Positions 54,886-64,000 of a stretch of DNA of 64,000 nucleotides are shown one piece after another (the first letter of the stretch is position 1; each line of letters begins with the position of its first letter). Origin of the DNA: Chthoniobacterales bacterium (lineage in GTDB: Bacteria; Verrucomicrobiota; Verrucomicrobiia; Chthoniobacterales; JACTMZ01); NCBI GenBank assembly GCA_044343805.1, contig JBIJDZ010000001.1, positions 7,722-71,721 on the forward strand, read 5' to 3'. The notes beneath the pieces were generated by a model, which saw only the letters and a program-made list of their open reading frames with translations, ran no database searches and was not told the DNA's origin. A program made the translations under genes and the position numbers.

Positions 54886-56409
54886 TCATTCAACCCGCAG
54901 ATAGGAGAGCAATCCCTGCTTGCCGCCCTCTCGCCCGAAGCCGCTCTCTTTGTAGCCACCAAACGGACTGGCTGGATCGAATTTGTTGTAGGTCTCGGCC
55001 CACACGACACCGGCACGCAACTGCGTGGCAAGCTTGAGCGCCTTGCTGCCTTTGTCCGTCCATACACCTGCACTCAATCCGTATGGGGTATTGTTGGCTC
55101 GCACAATGGCCTCCTCTGGTGTGCGGAAGGTCATCACGCTGAGAACCGGTCCGAAGATTTCCTCCTTCGCAATACGATACGCATCAGTCACACCGGTGAA
55201 GAAACTCGGCGCGAAGTAAAATCCCTTCGACGGCAGCTTGCATGACGATTGGTAAAGTTCCGCGCCCTCACTCTTGCCGCTGCGCACCATTTCCCGGATT
55301 TTGTCGAGCTGCTGACGGCTGTTGATCGCGCCGATGTCCGTATTTTTGTCGAGCGGATCCCCTACCCGCAGCGTGGCCATGCGGTTGCGCAGACGTCGTA
55401 TCACCGCTTCAACTATGCTTTCCTGAACAAACAAGCGCGAACCGGCGCAGCAAACATGACCTTGGTTGAAATAGATGCCTTGTATGATCCCCTCGATGGC
55501 TTGGTCAATCGGAGCATCCTCGCAAATAATGTTCGCCGCCTTGCCACCCAACTCCAACGTGAGCTTCTTGCGCGTCCCGGCCACGGACTTAGCAATGAGC
55601 TTTCCGACGTCGGTCGACCCCGCGAAGGCGAGCTTGTCGATGTCTGAATGATTCACAATCGCCGCGCCGGCGTCGCCGAATCCGGTGACGATGTTGACGA
55701 CTCCCTCGGGCAAATCGGCCTCGGCAAAGATTTCAGCCAAATGCATGGCCGTGATGGAAGTGGTCTCGGCCGGCTTCAAAACGCACGTGTTGCCGCAGGC
55801 CAGCGCAGGCGCAAGCTTCCACGCCGCCATGAGCAGAGGAAAATTCCACGGGATAATTTGACCGGCAACGCCCAGCGGACGCGGTGCGCAACCAGGAAAG
55901 GCATAGGCCAGCTTGTCCGCCCATCCCGCATGGTAAAAGAAATGCGCCGCGACGAGTGGCAGGTCGATGTTGCGACTTTCGCGAATGGTCTTGCCGCCAT
56001 CGAGCGACTCGAGCACAGCAAGGTCGCTGCTCTTTTCCTGGATGAGACGCGCGATGCGGAAGAGATACTTGCCGCGCTCCCGCCCCGGCATCTTCCCCCA
56101 GCTCTTTTCGAAGGCGCGACGGGCCACTTTCACGGCCTTATCCACATCGGCGGCGTTGGCTTGCGCGATCTCGGCCAATTGCTTCTCGTTGGCAGGGTTG
56201 ATCGACGGAAAATATTTTCCCGAGGAGGGTTTGACGAATTTCCCGCCGATGAACAAATCGTAACGGGGGCGCACCGTTACATCGGAATACGCCTCGGGCG
56301 CGGGCGAGTAATTCCAACGTTCGCCGAATCGAAGTGTGCACTCGCGCAGCGGCACGGGCTTGGCGTGCGCCGCAGCGGGTGCGGTTTTCTTGTTCTTTTG
56401 GACGCTCAT
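54886..56409 (-). CDS. NAD(P)-dependent aldehyde dehydrogenase
   Basis: IIPWNFP, ELGGKAANII and FNQGHVCCAGSRLFV (catalytic Cys), then EEIFGPV. Its start at 56409 overlaps the deoC stop in an ATGA. Confidence 0.9.
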   Translation of the reverse strand: MSVQKNKKTAPAAAHAKPVPLRECTLRFGERWNYSPAPEAYSDVTVRPRYDLFIGGKFVKPSSGKYFPSINPANEKQLAEIAQANAADVDKAVKVARRAFEKSWGKMPGRERGKYLFRIARLIQEKSSDLAVLESLDGGKTIRESRNIDLPLVAAHFFYHAGWADKLAYAFPGCAPRPLGVAGQIIPWNFPLLMAAWKLAPALACGNTCVLKPAETTSITAMHLAEIFAEADLPEGVVNIVTGFGDAGAAIVNHSDIDKLAFAGSTDVGKLIAKSVAGTRKKLTLELGGKAANIICEDAPIDQAIEGIIQGIYFNQGHVCCAGSRLFVQESIVEAVIRRLRNRMATLRVGDPLDKNTDIGAINSRQQLDKIREMVRSGKSEGAELYQSSCKLPSKGFYFAPSFFTGVTDAYRIAKEEIFGPVLSVMTFRTPEEAIVRANNTPYGLSAGVWTDKGSKALKLATQLRAGVVWAETYNKFDPASPFGGYKESGFGREGGKQGLLSYLRVE

Positions 56410-57302
56410 GGCAGCGAAAAGTAATCGCCGCTCTGGTAAAAACCATCCACGCATGTGGCGACTTGCATCAGGATATCGTTGGCCAGCGTGCTCGCGCCAA
56501 ACCGGAACATCTCCGGCGTAAGCCAGTCGTCACCGAGAGTCTCGTTGACCATCACCAGATATTGCAAAGCCTGTTTGGCGGTGCGGATGCCGCCCGCGGG
56601 CTTAATACCTATGCGCACGCCGGTGGCAAAATAAAATTCCCGGATCACCTCGAGCATCACCAGGGTCACAGGCAAAGTCGCCGCCGGGGACACCTTGCCA
56701 GTCGATGTTTTGATGAAATCCGCCCCTGCCTGCATGGCAATCATGCTGGCTGCACGGACATTGTCGTAGGTGACCAACTCGCCCGTCTCGAGGATCACCT
56801 TCAAATGCACATCTCCGCAGAGCTCTTTCACGGCGGCTATCTCATCATAGACCTTGGCATACTCACCCTCGAGGAACGCCCCGCGGTCAATTACCATGTC
56901 GATTTCATCAGCGCCGGCGCGCAGTGCTACACGCGTGTCTTCGAGTTTTGTTTTGAGCGAACTTTGACCGCTCGGGAAATACGTGGCTACAGCGGCCACC
57001 TTGACCGGCGAGCCCCTCAGAAAGCGATTAGCCGCCGATACCATCTTGGGATATACGCACACGGCCGCGACCGTCCCCACCCCGAAGCGCGCTGGTGCCG
57101 GATGCATCGCTTTGTGACAAAGTTCCCGAACCTTGCCGATCGTGTCTTTGCCCTCGAGCGTTGTCAGATCAAGCATCGAAAAAACCATCCTTAACCCTTG
57201 CAACTTCGATCCGGCCTTGATGCTGCGCTTGGTGAAATCCGCGGCCCGCTCCTCAACCATGACCTGATCCACGCGATGGGAGAATGGTGGAGGCATCGTC
57301 AT
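56406..57302 (-). CDS. deoC: Deoxyribose-phosphate aldolase (long form)
   Basis: MLDLTTLEG…VAAVCVYP…ADEIDMVI…ADFIKTSTGK (Schiff-base Lys). The start at 57302 is MTMPPP…. Confidence 0.88.
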   Translation of the reverse strand: MTMPPPFSHRVDQVMVEERAADFTKRSIKAGSKLQGLRMVFSMLDLTTLEGKDTIGKVRELCHKAMHPAPARFGVGTVAAVCVYPKMVSAANRFLRGSPVKVAAVATYFPSGQSSLKTKLEDTRVALRAGADEIDMVIDRGAFLEGEYAKVYDEIAAVKELCGDVHLKVILETGELVTYDNVRAASMIAMQAGADFIKTSTGKVSPAATLPVTLVMLEVIREFYFATGVRIGIKPAGGIRTAKQALQYLVMVNETLGDDWLTPEMFRFGASTLANDILMQVATCVDGFYQSGDYFSLP

Positions 57303-57318
57303 GGAAGACCTCCTGACC

Positions 57319-58134
57319 TCATATAAAACGGAAAATATCCCGCAGCAATTGGAACCACAAATAGAACATCCCGCGCCAAGAGTAACGTCCGTGCCCCTGT
57401 TCAGCCGGTCGCAGCAAACCCTCGCTGATATTGTGCTGCATCTGCGTCTCCATGTCGCGCTCGACCGCCCCACGCACTTTTTCGGGATCGACAGGACTCA
57501 GCGCCGAGCGCACTAGTCCCGAGCGCTCCAAAAATTTGTCGTGGTCGGCCTGCACCCCGACAAAATCCATCTCCCCCGACGCGCGATGCAAGCGCACCGA
57601 GGGCGGCGTTTTCAAACTGGATGACACTGGGCAATTCCAAGTCGTGAATACCGCTCCCTCCGCTTGGCGCGATGTAACGCTCACAAAGTGAAACCCTAGG
57701 TGCTTTTGTTCCACATAAGTGATCGCCGCCTCCTCGCGCCTTCCCTCGTGCGCAAAAAGGCGGAAAAATTGGCGATACCCCTCCATCTCCCAGCCCAAAT
57801 CCGCCACATGCTCAAAGCCGGCCGCCTCCACGTCATCTGACAACTCGTTCAACTCCGGAAAAGCGTCGCGCGTCGGGGGGGGCACGTGGCGCAACTCTTT
57901 ACGCAGCGGCAACCTCAGCTTGCGCACGCGCAACAAAATTTCCACCCACGGCAAAAACAACCACCCAGAGACAAAAGACAATCCCACCCACAGATTGGCG
58001 GTGGGCAGAAACCCCGCGGCGAATGTTGTCAATCCCACACAGATCAAACCAACTCTTCTCACCCAAAGCTGCCCGTAGCTCAGGCACGCCATGGTAAGAA
58101 CAACCAAGCCGATGAAAAGCATCCAATTGTTCAT
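57319..58134 (-). CDS. Hypothetical membrane protein (three N-terminal transmembrane segments plus a soluble domain)
   Basis: Its position in the operon and an ATGA overlap with the upstream glutaredoxin gene support it as a real gene. No family recognised. Confidence 0.55.
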   Translation of the reverse strand: MNNWMLFIGLVVLTMACLSYGQLWVRRVGLICVGLTTFAAGFLPTANLWVGLSFVSGWLFLPWVEILLRVRKLRLPLRKELRHVPPPTRDAFPELNELSDDVEAAGFEHVADLGWEMEGYRQFFRLFAHEGRREEAAITYVEQKHLGFHFVSVTSRQAEGAVFTTWNCPVSSSLKTPPSVRLHRASGEMDFVGVQADHDKFLERSGLVRSALSPVDPEKVRGAVERDMETQMQHNISEGLLRPAEQGHGRYSWRGMFYLWFQLLRDIFRFI

Positions 58135-58382
58135 GGCTTGATACCATTCTCTTTCAGGAATTCAGCAAGCTGTCCCGCGTCGAAATCAGACAGCACCTTA
58201 CCGTCAACCTCCATCGTCGGCGTGAGCGACTGCTGTGAAATATCCCTCATCCGCCCGTAAGCCTGTGGGTCGGCCAGCACATCACGCAATTCATAGGTAT
58301 AACCACGGCGATCGAGATACTCCATAGCTTCGACACACCACGGACAAAACCGCTTCACATACAAAATTATCTTCCAATCCAT
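58131..58382 (-). CDS. Glutaredoxin-family protein
   Basis: ILYVKRFCPWCVEAMEYLD (CPWC redox motif) and a downstream TPT…G. An alternative start lies at 58427. Confidence 0.8.
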   Translation of the reverse strand: MDWKIILYVKRFCPWCVEAMEYLDRRGYTYELRDVLADPQAYGRMRDISQQSLTPTMEVDGKVLSDFDAGQLAEFLKENGIKP

Positions 58383-58453
58383 GAGGGGGCACATATTTCC
58401 GCGTTGCGGATACTTCATATGATGCAATAGGTTGATTACCGCAAGTCCCTAGA

Positions 58454-58529
<76 letters not shown>

Positions 58530-58847
58530 ATTTTATTTTTCGAGCTAATACGCTGATAGTCCGAATAAACAAGGGCTTCATGGTGGCCTGTCCACGCAAG
58601 GGGGCTGGATCAACACCGCACGTTTGATGCGTCACCCATGTCCCTCTTTCAATATCTCGACGATTTACTCCTCCCCCTATTGACACAACTTCTTGGTGCT
58701 TGGTGCTTACCCGTCTTTGGCCGCAGAAAGCCACTTTTTTCAAACGTCCACTTTTAAGGTCAGGCTTACCGCGAGCACTTTTCTCTTGGTTATTGGACGG
58801 CAACACGTTTTTCATGCGCTCCTTCCGCCCTCACCCGACCTAATGTT

Positions 58848-60155
58848 TTGACTTCATCTCTTCAGGATCTCATTGCCGCAGACAAGTCCCACATCTGGCA
58901 TCCATTCACCCAGATGCGTGATTGGTGCGACCCGGAACACGAGCCCTTGGTTATAGTCGAGGGACGCGGCAGCCGTTTGTTCGACGCCCGAGGCCAAACA
59001 TACCTCGATGGCAATAGTTCCATTTGGACGAATATTCACGGGCATTCACACCCGAAAATTGTCGGTGCCATCCAAGCGCAAGCGGCCAAACTCGCGCACA
59101 GTTCATTTCTCGGTTTGACCAACGAACCGGCGGTCCTCTTGGCGGAACGCTTGGTTGGTCTTTTCCCTCCGCAGACTTTGACTCGGGTGTTTTTCACCGA
59201 TAACGGATCGACCGCTATCGAAGTCGCCTTGAAGATGGCCGTGCAGTTCCATCAGTTGAGAGGAGATCCCGGGCGCAGCCGTTTTGCCGCTTTTCAAAAT
59301 GCCTATCATGGTGATACGGCAGGCGCGGCGAGCCTTGGAGGAATTGGTGTTTTTCATGATCGTTTCGCCCCTTTGCAATTTCCCGTTGAGAGGATTCAGG
59401 ACCTGAGCGGGCTGGAGGCGCTTGCTCCTGAAACCATCAAATCGCTGGCTGGAGTCGTGATCGAGCCGCTGATCCAAGGTGCGGCCGGAATGCGAACATG
59501 GCCCAAAGGCTTGCTGCGAAATCTGCGTGCGTGGTGCGATCAGCAGGGAATTCTACTCATTTTGGACGAGGTCATGACCGGGTTTGGGCGCACGGGGCGT
59601 ATGTTTGCCTGCGAGCACGAATCTGTCGTGCCGGACTTCATCGCCTTGGCCAAGGGAATCACCGGAGGCACGATGCCCTTGGCGGCAACACTCACCACGG
59701 AGCATATTTTTGAGGCATTTCTGGGAGACTACGCGGAGATGAAGACGCTCTTCTATGGCCACAGCTACAGCGGAAACCCCCTCGGATGCGCTGCGGCTTT
59801 AGCCAATCTGGATCTTTTCGAGGAGGAAGAAACACTGATAAAGCTCCGACCGAAGATTCGCTTGCTGGGCGAGGCTCTTTGCGATCTTGCCTCAGAATCG
59901 CACATTGGGGAAATCCGCCAATGCGGTTTTATGGCAGGCATAGACGTCGTGGCAGACAAAGATTCTCAAACAACCTACCCATGGCAGATGAAAATCGGAG
60001 CAAAGGTGTGCCAAGCCGCGCGTAATCACGGACTGCTGACTCGCCCAATCCGGGACACATTGGTGCTGATGCCTCCGCTATGCTTCACTGAGCAGGAAAT
60101 AGGACAGTCTGTGGAGGCGCTTCGCTCTGCCATTGGCGACATCTGCGCTCATTGA
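58848..60155 (+). CDS. bioA: Adenosylmethionine-8-amino-7-oxononanoate aminotransferase
   Basis: HIWHPFTQM…YHGDT…DEVMTGFGRTG…ALAKGITGG (PLP Lys). TTG start as given in the ORF track. Confidence 0.88.
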   Translation: MTSSLQDLIAADKSHIWHPFTQMRDWCDPEHEPLVIVEGRGSRLFDARGQTYLDGNSSIWTNIHGHSHPKIVGAIQAQAAKLAHSSFLGLTNEPAVLLAERLVGLFPPQTLTRVFFTDNGSTAIEVALKMAVQFHQLRGDPGRSRFAAFQNAYHGDTAGAASLGGIGVFHDRFAPLQFPVERIQDLSGLEALAPETIKSLAGVVIEPLIQGAAGMRTWPKGLLRNLRAWCDQQGILLILDEVMTGFGRTGRMFACEHESVVPDFIALAKGITGGTMPLAATLTTEHIFEAFLGDYAEMKTLFYGHSYSGNPLGCAAALANLDLFEEEETLIKLRPKIRLLGEALCDLASESHIGEIRQCGFMAGIDVVADKDSQTTYPWQMKIGAKVCQAARNHGLLTRPIRDTLVLMPPLCFTEQEIGQSVEALRSAIGDICAH

Positions 60156-60230
60156 TCGCGCCATGTTTTGACACCGGGCAACCCTCATGAATATGATGCA
60201 CGTTCATTTCAATTCTACCGAACCAAATAC

Positions 60231-62981
60231 ATGAGCAAATCGTCGAAAAAGAAGGCAGTCGAAAAGGCAAGCAAGTCCAAGAACAAATACGTTTACTATT
60301 TCGGGGACGGCAAGGCGGATGGCAACGGCACGATGAAAGCCTTACTCGGCGGTAAAGGGGCCAACCTTGCAGAGATGACCCGTATCGGGCTTCCTGTTCC
60401 CTGCGGTTTCACCATCAGCACCGAAGTCTGCACTTACTATTACGACCACAAGCGCACTTATCCCAAACAACTCGAATCGCAGATCGATGCCGCCGTCACC
60501 AAAATGGAAAAATCCATGGGCAAGAAGTTTGGCGACGTGAACAACCCATTGTTGGTGGCCGTCCGCTCAGGAGCTCGTGATTCCATGCCGGGCATGATGG
60601 ACACGATTTTGAACCTCGGCCTCAATGACACCACGGTCGAGGGACTCGCCCGCAAATCAGGCAACGAGCGTTTTGCCTACGATTGCTACCGCCGCTTCAT
60701 CCAGATGTACGGAGACGTCGTCATGGGCGTGCAAAAACGCCCCGGCGAAGAGCATGAGCCATTCGAGACTGTCATAGAAGAATTCAAGAACGAGCTTTTT
60801 CCCGGCAATCCCCATATCAGCGATACCGCCCTCAGTGCCGACGCCATGAGAGAACTCGTCCGCCGCTTCAAAGCCCTGGTAAAAGAGCGCACGGGTAAAA
60901 CCTTCCCCAACGAACCTCGCCAACAACTGCTCGGCGCTGTCGGTGCGGTCTTCGGGTCATGGAACAACGAGCGAGCCATTGTTTATCGCCGCAAATACAA
61001 CATCCCGCACGAATGGGGCACCGCGGTGAACGTGCAGGCGATGGTGTTCGGCAACATGGGCGATACCAGCGGTTCCGGCGTCGCTTTCACCCGCGACCCG
61101 GCCAGCGGCGCAAAGCTTCTCTACGGCGAATTTCTCATCAACGCACAAGGCGAGGACGTCGTGGCCGGCGTACGCACTCCCGAGCCGGTCTCGGACATGA
61201 AATCGCAGCTTCCAGCAGCGTTCAAGGCTCTGCTTAAAGTTCAAAAGATCCTCGAAACGCACTTCAAAGATATGCAGGACTTCGAGTTCACCGTCGAAGA
61301 CGGAAAACTATTCATGCTGCAGACCCGCAATGGCAAACGAACCGGCCTCGCTGCCGTGAAAATCGCCTGCGATATGGTCAAGGAAAAGCTCATCGACTGG
61401 AAAACCGCCGTCCATCGTGTCCCGGCCGAACAGCTCGACCAAGTGCTAGCTCCGGTCTTCGATCGCGCGGCAGTCAAAGCAGCAGCGCTCATTGCCAAAG
61501 GTCTTCCTGCCGGCCCGGGTGCTGCCTCAGGCAAGATCTACTTCAATGCGGAAAGCTGCGTCGAAGCCGCCGCCAGCGGCGAGAAAGTCCTGCTTGTCCG
61601 CGTGGAAACTTCACCGGAAGACCTTCGCGGTATGATTGCGGCCGAAGGCATCCTAACCGCCCGGGGTGGCGTCAGTTCGCATGCGGCTTTGGTTGCACGC
61701 CAGATGGGCAAGGTTTGCGTGTGTGGCGCCGGTGAATTACAGGTCAATTACGCTGAAAAGACTCTGACCGTCGGGGGGCGGGTTTTCAAAGAAGGCGAAT
61801 ACCTCTCCATCGATGGAACGCGCGGTGAGGTCTACGACGGACAAATCAAGACTGCGCCGTCTGAAATCATTCAAGTTCTCGTCGAAAAATCGCTGAGCCC
61901 GGCCAAGAGTCCGATCTACAAGAATTTCGAGCAACTCATGACATGGTGCGGCAAAGCAAGCCGTCTCGCGGTACGCACCAATGCCGACACCCCGGAGCAG
62001 ACGGCCAATGCCGTGGCATTCGGCGCTAGCGGCATCGGTCTTTGCCGCACGGAACATATGTTCTTCGAGGGCGACCGCATCGATGCCGTGCGTGAGATGA
62101 TCCTCGCGGAAAAGAAGGAAGACCGCCAAAAAGCTCTGGCCAAACTCCTTCCCTACCAGCGGGAAGACTTCATCGGTATCTTCAAGGCCCTCAAAGGACT
62201 TCCTGCCACCATCCGCTTGCTGGATCCTCCGCTGCATGAATTCCTGCCACACGACCATGCCCAGCAGAACGCCCTCGCCAATAAACTCGGCATCAGCGCA
62301 GACAAAATCGCCAAGCGAGTTCATGACCTCCACGAGTTCAATCCGATGCTCGGGCACCGCGGTTGCCGTCTCGGCATCAGCTATCCGGAGATATCGGAAA
62401 TGCAGGCCCGCGCCATTTTTGAAGCCGCGGCTGAAGTGCAGAAAAAGGGCATCAAAGTCCGTCCCGAAGTGATGATTCCTCTGGCTGGTTTCCCGAGGGA
62501 ACTAAAGTTGCAAATCGACTTGGTGCATCGCGTGGCGGCGGAAGTAGCCAAGGAGAAAAAAGTCAAGTTCGACTACCTTGTCGGCACCATGATCGAAGTT
62601 CCACGGGCTGCCTTGGTCGCCGATGAGATTGCGAAAGACGCTGAGTTCTTCAGCTTCGGTACAAACGACCTTACCCAAACCACCCTTGCAATGAGTCGGG
62701 ATGACTCCGGTTCATTCCTTCCGGTCTACCAAGAGATGGAAATCGTGAAGAAAAATCCGTTTGCCAGCATCGATACAACCGGCGTAGGCAAGTTGATGAA
62801 AATTGCGGTCGATCTTGGACGCAAAGAACGCAAGAAAATCAAGCTCGGTATCTGCGGCGAACACGGTGGTGACCCGGACAGCGTGACATTCTGCCACGAG
62901 ATTGGCCTCGACTACGTAAGTTGTTCGCCATTCCGCGTGCCGATTGCCCGCTTGGCAGCCGCACAATCGGCCTTGGTTTGA
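60231..62981 (+). CDS. ppdK: Pyruvate, phosphate dikinase
   Basis: [12 protein letters not shown]…, phosphohistidine region [15 protein letters not shown], and the PEP/pyruvate domain GLCRTEHMF…ICGEHGGDP. The ATG at 60231 was preferred over the track start at 60168. Confidence 0.93.
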   Translation: MSKSSKKKAVEKASKSKNKYVYYFGDGKADGNGTMKALLGGKGANLAEMTRIGLPVPCGFTISTEVCTYYYDHKRTYPKQLESQIDAAVTKMEKSMGKKFGDVNNPLLVAVRSGARDSMPGMMDTILNLGLNDTTVEGLARKSGNERFAYDCYRRFIQMYGDVVMGVQKRPGEEHEPFETVIEEFKNELFPGNPHISDTALSADAMRELVRRFKALVKERTGKTFPNEPRQQLLGAVGAVFGSWNNERAIVYRRKYNIPHEWGTAVNVQAMVFGNMGDTSGSGVAFTRDPASGAKLLYGEFLINAQGEDVVAGVRTPEPVSDMKSQLPAAFKALLKVQKILETHFKDMQDFEFTVEDGKLFMLQTRNGKRTGLAAVKIACDMVKEKLIDWKTAVHRVPAEQLDQVLAPVFDRAAVKAAALIAKGLPAGPGAASGKIYFNAESCVEAAASGEKVLLVRVETSPEDLRGMIAAEGILTARGGVSSHAALVARQMGKVCVCGAGELQVNYAEKTLTVGGRVFKEGEYLSIDGTRGEVYDGQIKTAPSEIIQVLVEKSLSPAKSPIYKNFEQLMTWCGKASRLAVRTNADTPEQTANAVAFGASGIGLCRTEHMFFEGDRIDAVREMILAEKKEDRQKALAKLLPYQREDFIGIFKALKGLPATIRLLDPPLHEFLPHDHAQQNALANKLGISADKIAKRVHDLHEFNPMLGHRGCRLGISYPEISEMQARAIFEAAAEVQKKGIKVRPEVMIPLAGFPRELKLQIDLVHRVAAEVAKEKKVKFDYLVGTMIEVPRAALVADEIAKDAEFFSFGTNDLTQTTLAMSRDDSGSFLPVYQEMEIVKKNPFASIDTTGVGKLMKIAVDLGRKERKKIKLGICGEHGGDPDSVTFCHEIGLDYVSCSPFRVPIARLAAAQSALV

Positions 62982-63008
62982 TCAATATCGGAGGTTTTCT
63001 TCCCCACC

Positions 63009-63047
63009 ATCCCGTTCCGCGCCATCAGCGGAACGGGATTTTTCTTT
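63009..63047 (+). terminator. Rho-independent terminator after ppdK
   Basis: A perfect 12-bp stem pairs ATCCCGTTCCGC (63009-63020) with GCGGAACGGGAT (63028-63039), with a 7-nt loop. TTTTCTTT follows. Confidence 0.8.
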
Positions 63048-63079
63048 GCACGTTTCGCACTGGAAAGCAGATTGTTCAG

Positions 63080-64000
63080 ATGCTGCAAATCCGACAGCTG
63101 GCTGTCTTTGCAGTAATCGCGACCCTGTTTTTCCACCCGCTGTCGGCGCTTGAATTCACCGTATTGACCTACAACGTTGAAAACCTCTTCGACGTAGACC
63201 GTGTTGCCCTCTTCGAGGACTACGCCGAGACCGGGGAGGAGAATGCCTACTCCCCATCGAAGCTTCTCAAAAAAATACAATCCATCTCGCATGTGATGAA
63301 AACATTCAATGGCGGCAGGGGGCCGGAGGTCGCGTGTTTCAACGAGTTTGAGATCGATTTCACTCCGGACTCGTCGGCGGGCGACCTTGATCTATTTCTC
63401 GAGAAGTACCGCAACACTACAGTTGAAAGAATGTTAACGTCAGAGTTGACCGAGGAAATTCGCGGCCTACCCGTGGAAGCGTTACTGCTCAAACACCTTA
63501 ATGACAACGGCATGACAGGGTATCACGCCGTCGTCGGGGCAGATGAACCCGACCTCGCGGCGGCGCAAATCTATGACCGAGGAGCAAACAAAAAAGCCCA
63601 TAAAAACGCCGTATTCAGTAAATTTCCGATCAAAGAAACACGCAGCCACAAAACCCCCGATGCCCGGGACATTCTTGAAGTAGTGTTGGCCGTAGAAGGT
63701 CATACTCTCATCGTTTTTGTGAATCATTGGAAGTCCGGCGCCAGTAATTTTTCCTCCGAGCAAAGCCGACGATTTAATGCCAAAACCCTGCGCGACCGTT
63801 TGGAGGCCATATTAAAGGATGATCCCGCCGCCGACATCCTCATCTCTGGAGATTTCAACAGCCAATACAACCAACTGCAGATCTATCCGTTTATGGGACA
63901 AACCGGTCTCAACACGGTGCTGGGCTCTCAAGGTGACGAAAAGGCAACAGCTGTTTCCTCGTCCTATTCGCTGTACAACCTTTGGTATGAGTTACCTCCG
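63080..64000 (+). CDS. Secreted endonuclease/exonuclease/phosphatase (EEP) family protein, 3'-truncated by the window end
   Basis: Manual translation (not in the ORF track because there is no stop codon): MLQIRQLAVFAVIATLFFHPLSALEFTVLTYNVENLFD…LIVFVNHWKSG…ILISGDFNS, typical EEP motifs. The frame is open to position 64000. Confidence 0.75.
   Translation, partial: MLQIRQLAVFAVIATLFFHPLSALEFTVLTYNVENLFDVDRVALFEDYAETGEENAYSPSKLLKKIQSISHVMKTFNGGRGPEVACFNEFEIDFTPDSSAGDLDLFLEKYRNTTVERMLTSELTEEIRGLPVEALLLKHLNDNGMTGYHAVVGADEPDLAAAQIYDRGANKKAHKNAVFSKFPIKETRSHKTPDARDILEVVLAVEGHTLIVFVNHWKSGASNFSSEQSRRFNAKTLRDRLEAILKDDPAADILISGDFNSQYNQLQIYPFMGQTGLNTVLGSQGDEKATAVSSSYSLYNLWYELPP

Noticed and set aside
55648-57194. 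Two long + strand ORFs (55648-56424, 258 aa, and 56334-57194, 286 aa).
   Set aside because: They are antisense to the aldehyde dehydrogenase and deoC genes, both of which have catalytic motifs. These are shadow ORFs.
58693-58706. A tandem direct repeat, TTGGTGC TTGGTGC, considered as a possible repeat array.
   Set aside because: There are only two 7-nt copies, with no spacer or repeat periodicity. It is not a CRISPR or satellite array.

Overview
The window looks like a chromosomal, mostly housekeeping segment from a moderately GC-rich bacterium. I infer Verrucomicrobiota or another PVC-group lineage from three things: a PEP-CTERM protein, a prepilin-type H-X9-(D/N)G protein, and PPi-type glycolytic enzymes. 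About 60 protein genes are supported. They cover methionine synthesis (metY-metX), central carbon metabolism (PPi-type phosphofructokinase, class II aldolase, pyruvate phosphate dikinase), and a B12-dependent methylmalonyl-CoA mutase operon with a 5S carboxyltransferase and MeaB. DNA metabolism is represented by dnaE, mutS, a stand-alone 5'-3' exonuclease and a SWIM-SNF2 helicase. There are also several transporters. I found three tRNAs by hand: Arg-TCT, Val-GAC and Glu-CTC. I saw no rRNA, CRISPR array, transposase or integrase. The main finding is a cobalamin-riboswitch-like aptamer at about 3443-3626, in a 416-nt leader. It sits upstream of a tightly coupled three-gene operon with no recognised B12 function: a Trp/Tyr-rich PEP-CTERM surface protein, a prepilin-like H-X9-NG protein, and a cysteine-rich CWC/DUF5522 fusion. 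I propose this as a candidate undescribed B12-responsive envelope system, possibly for corrinoid capture. Two tandem entericidin-type lipoprotein genes (42 and 50 codons) fall below the ORF-track size cutoff and were found by manual translation. All calls rest on motif recognition by eye. No database search or covariance model was run.
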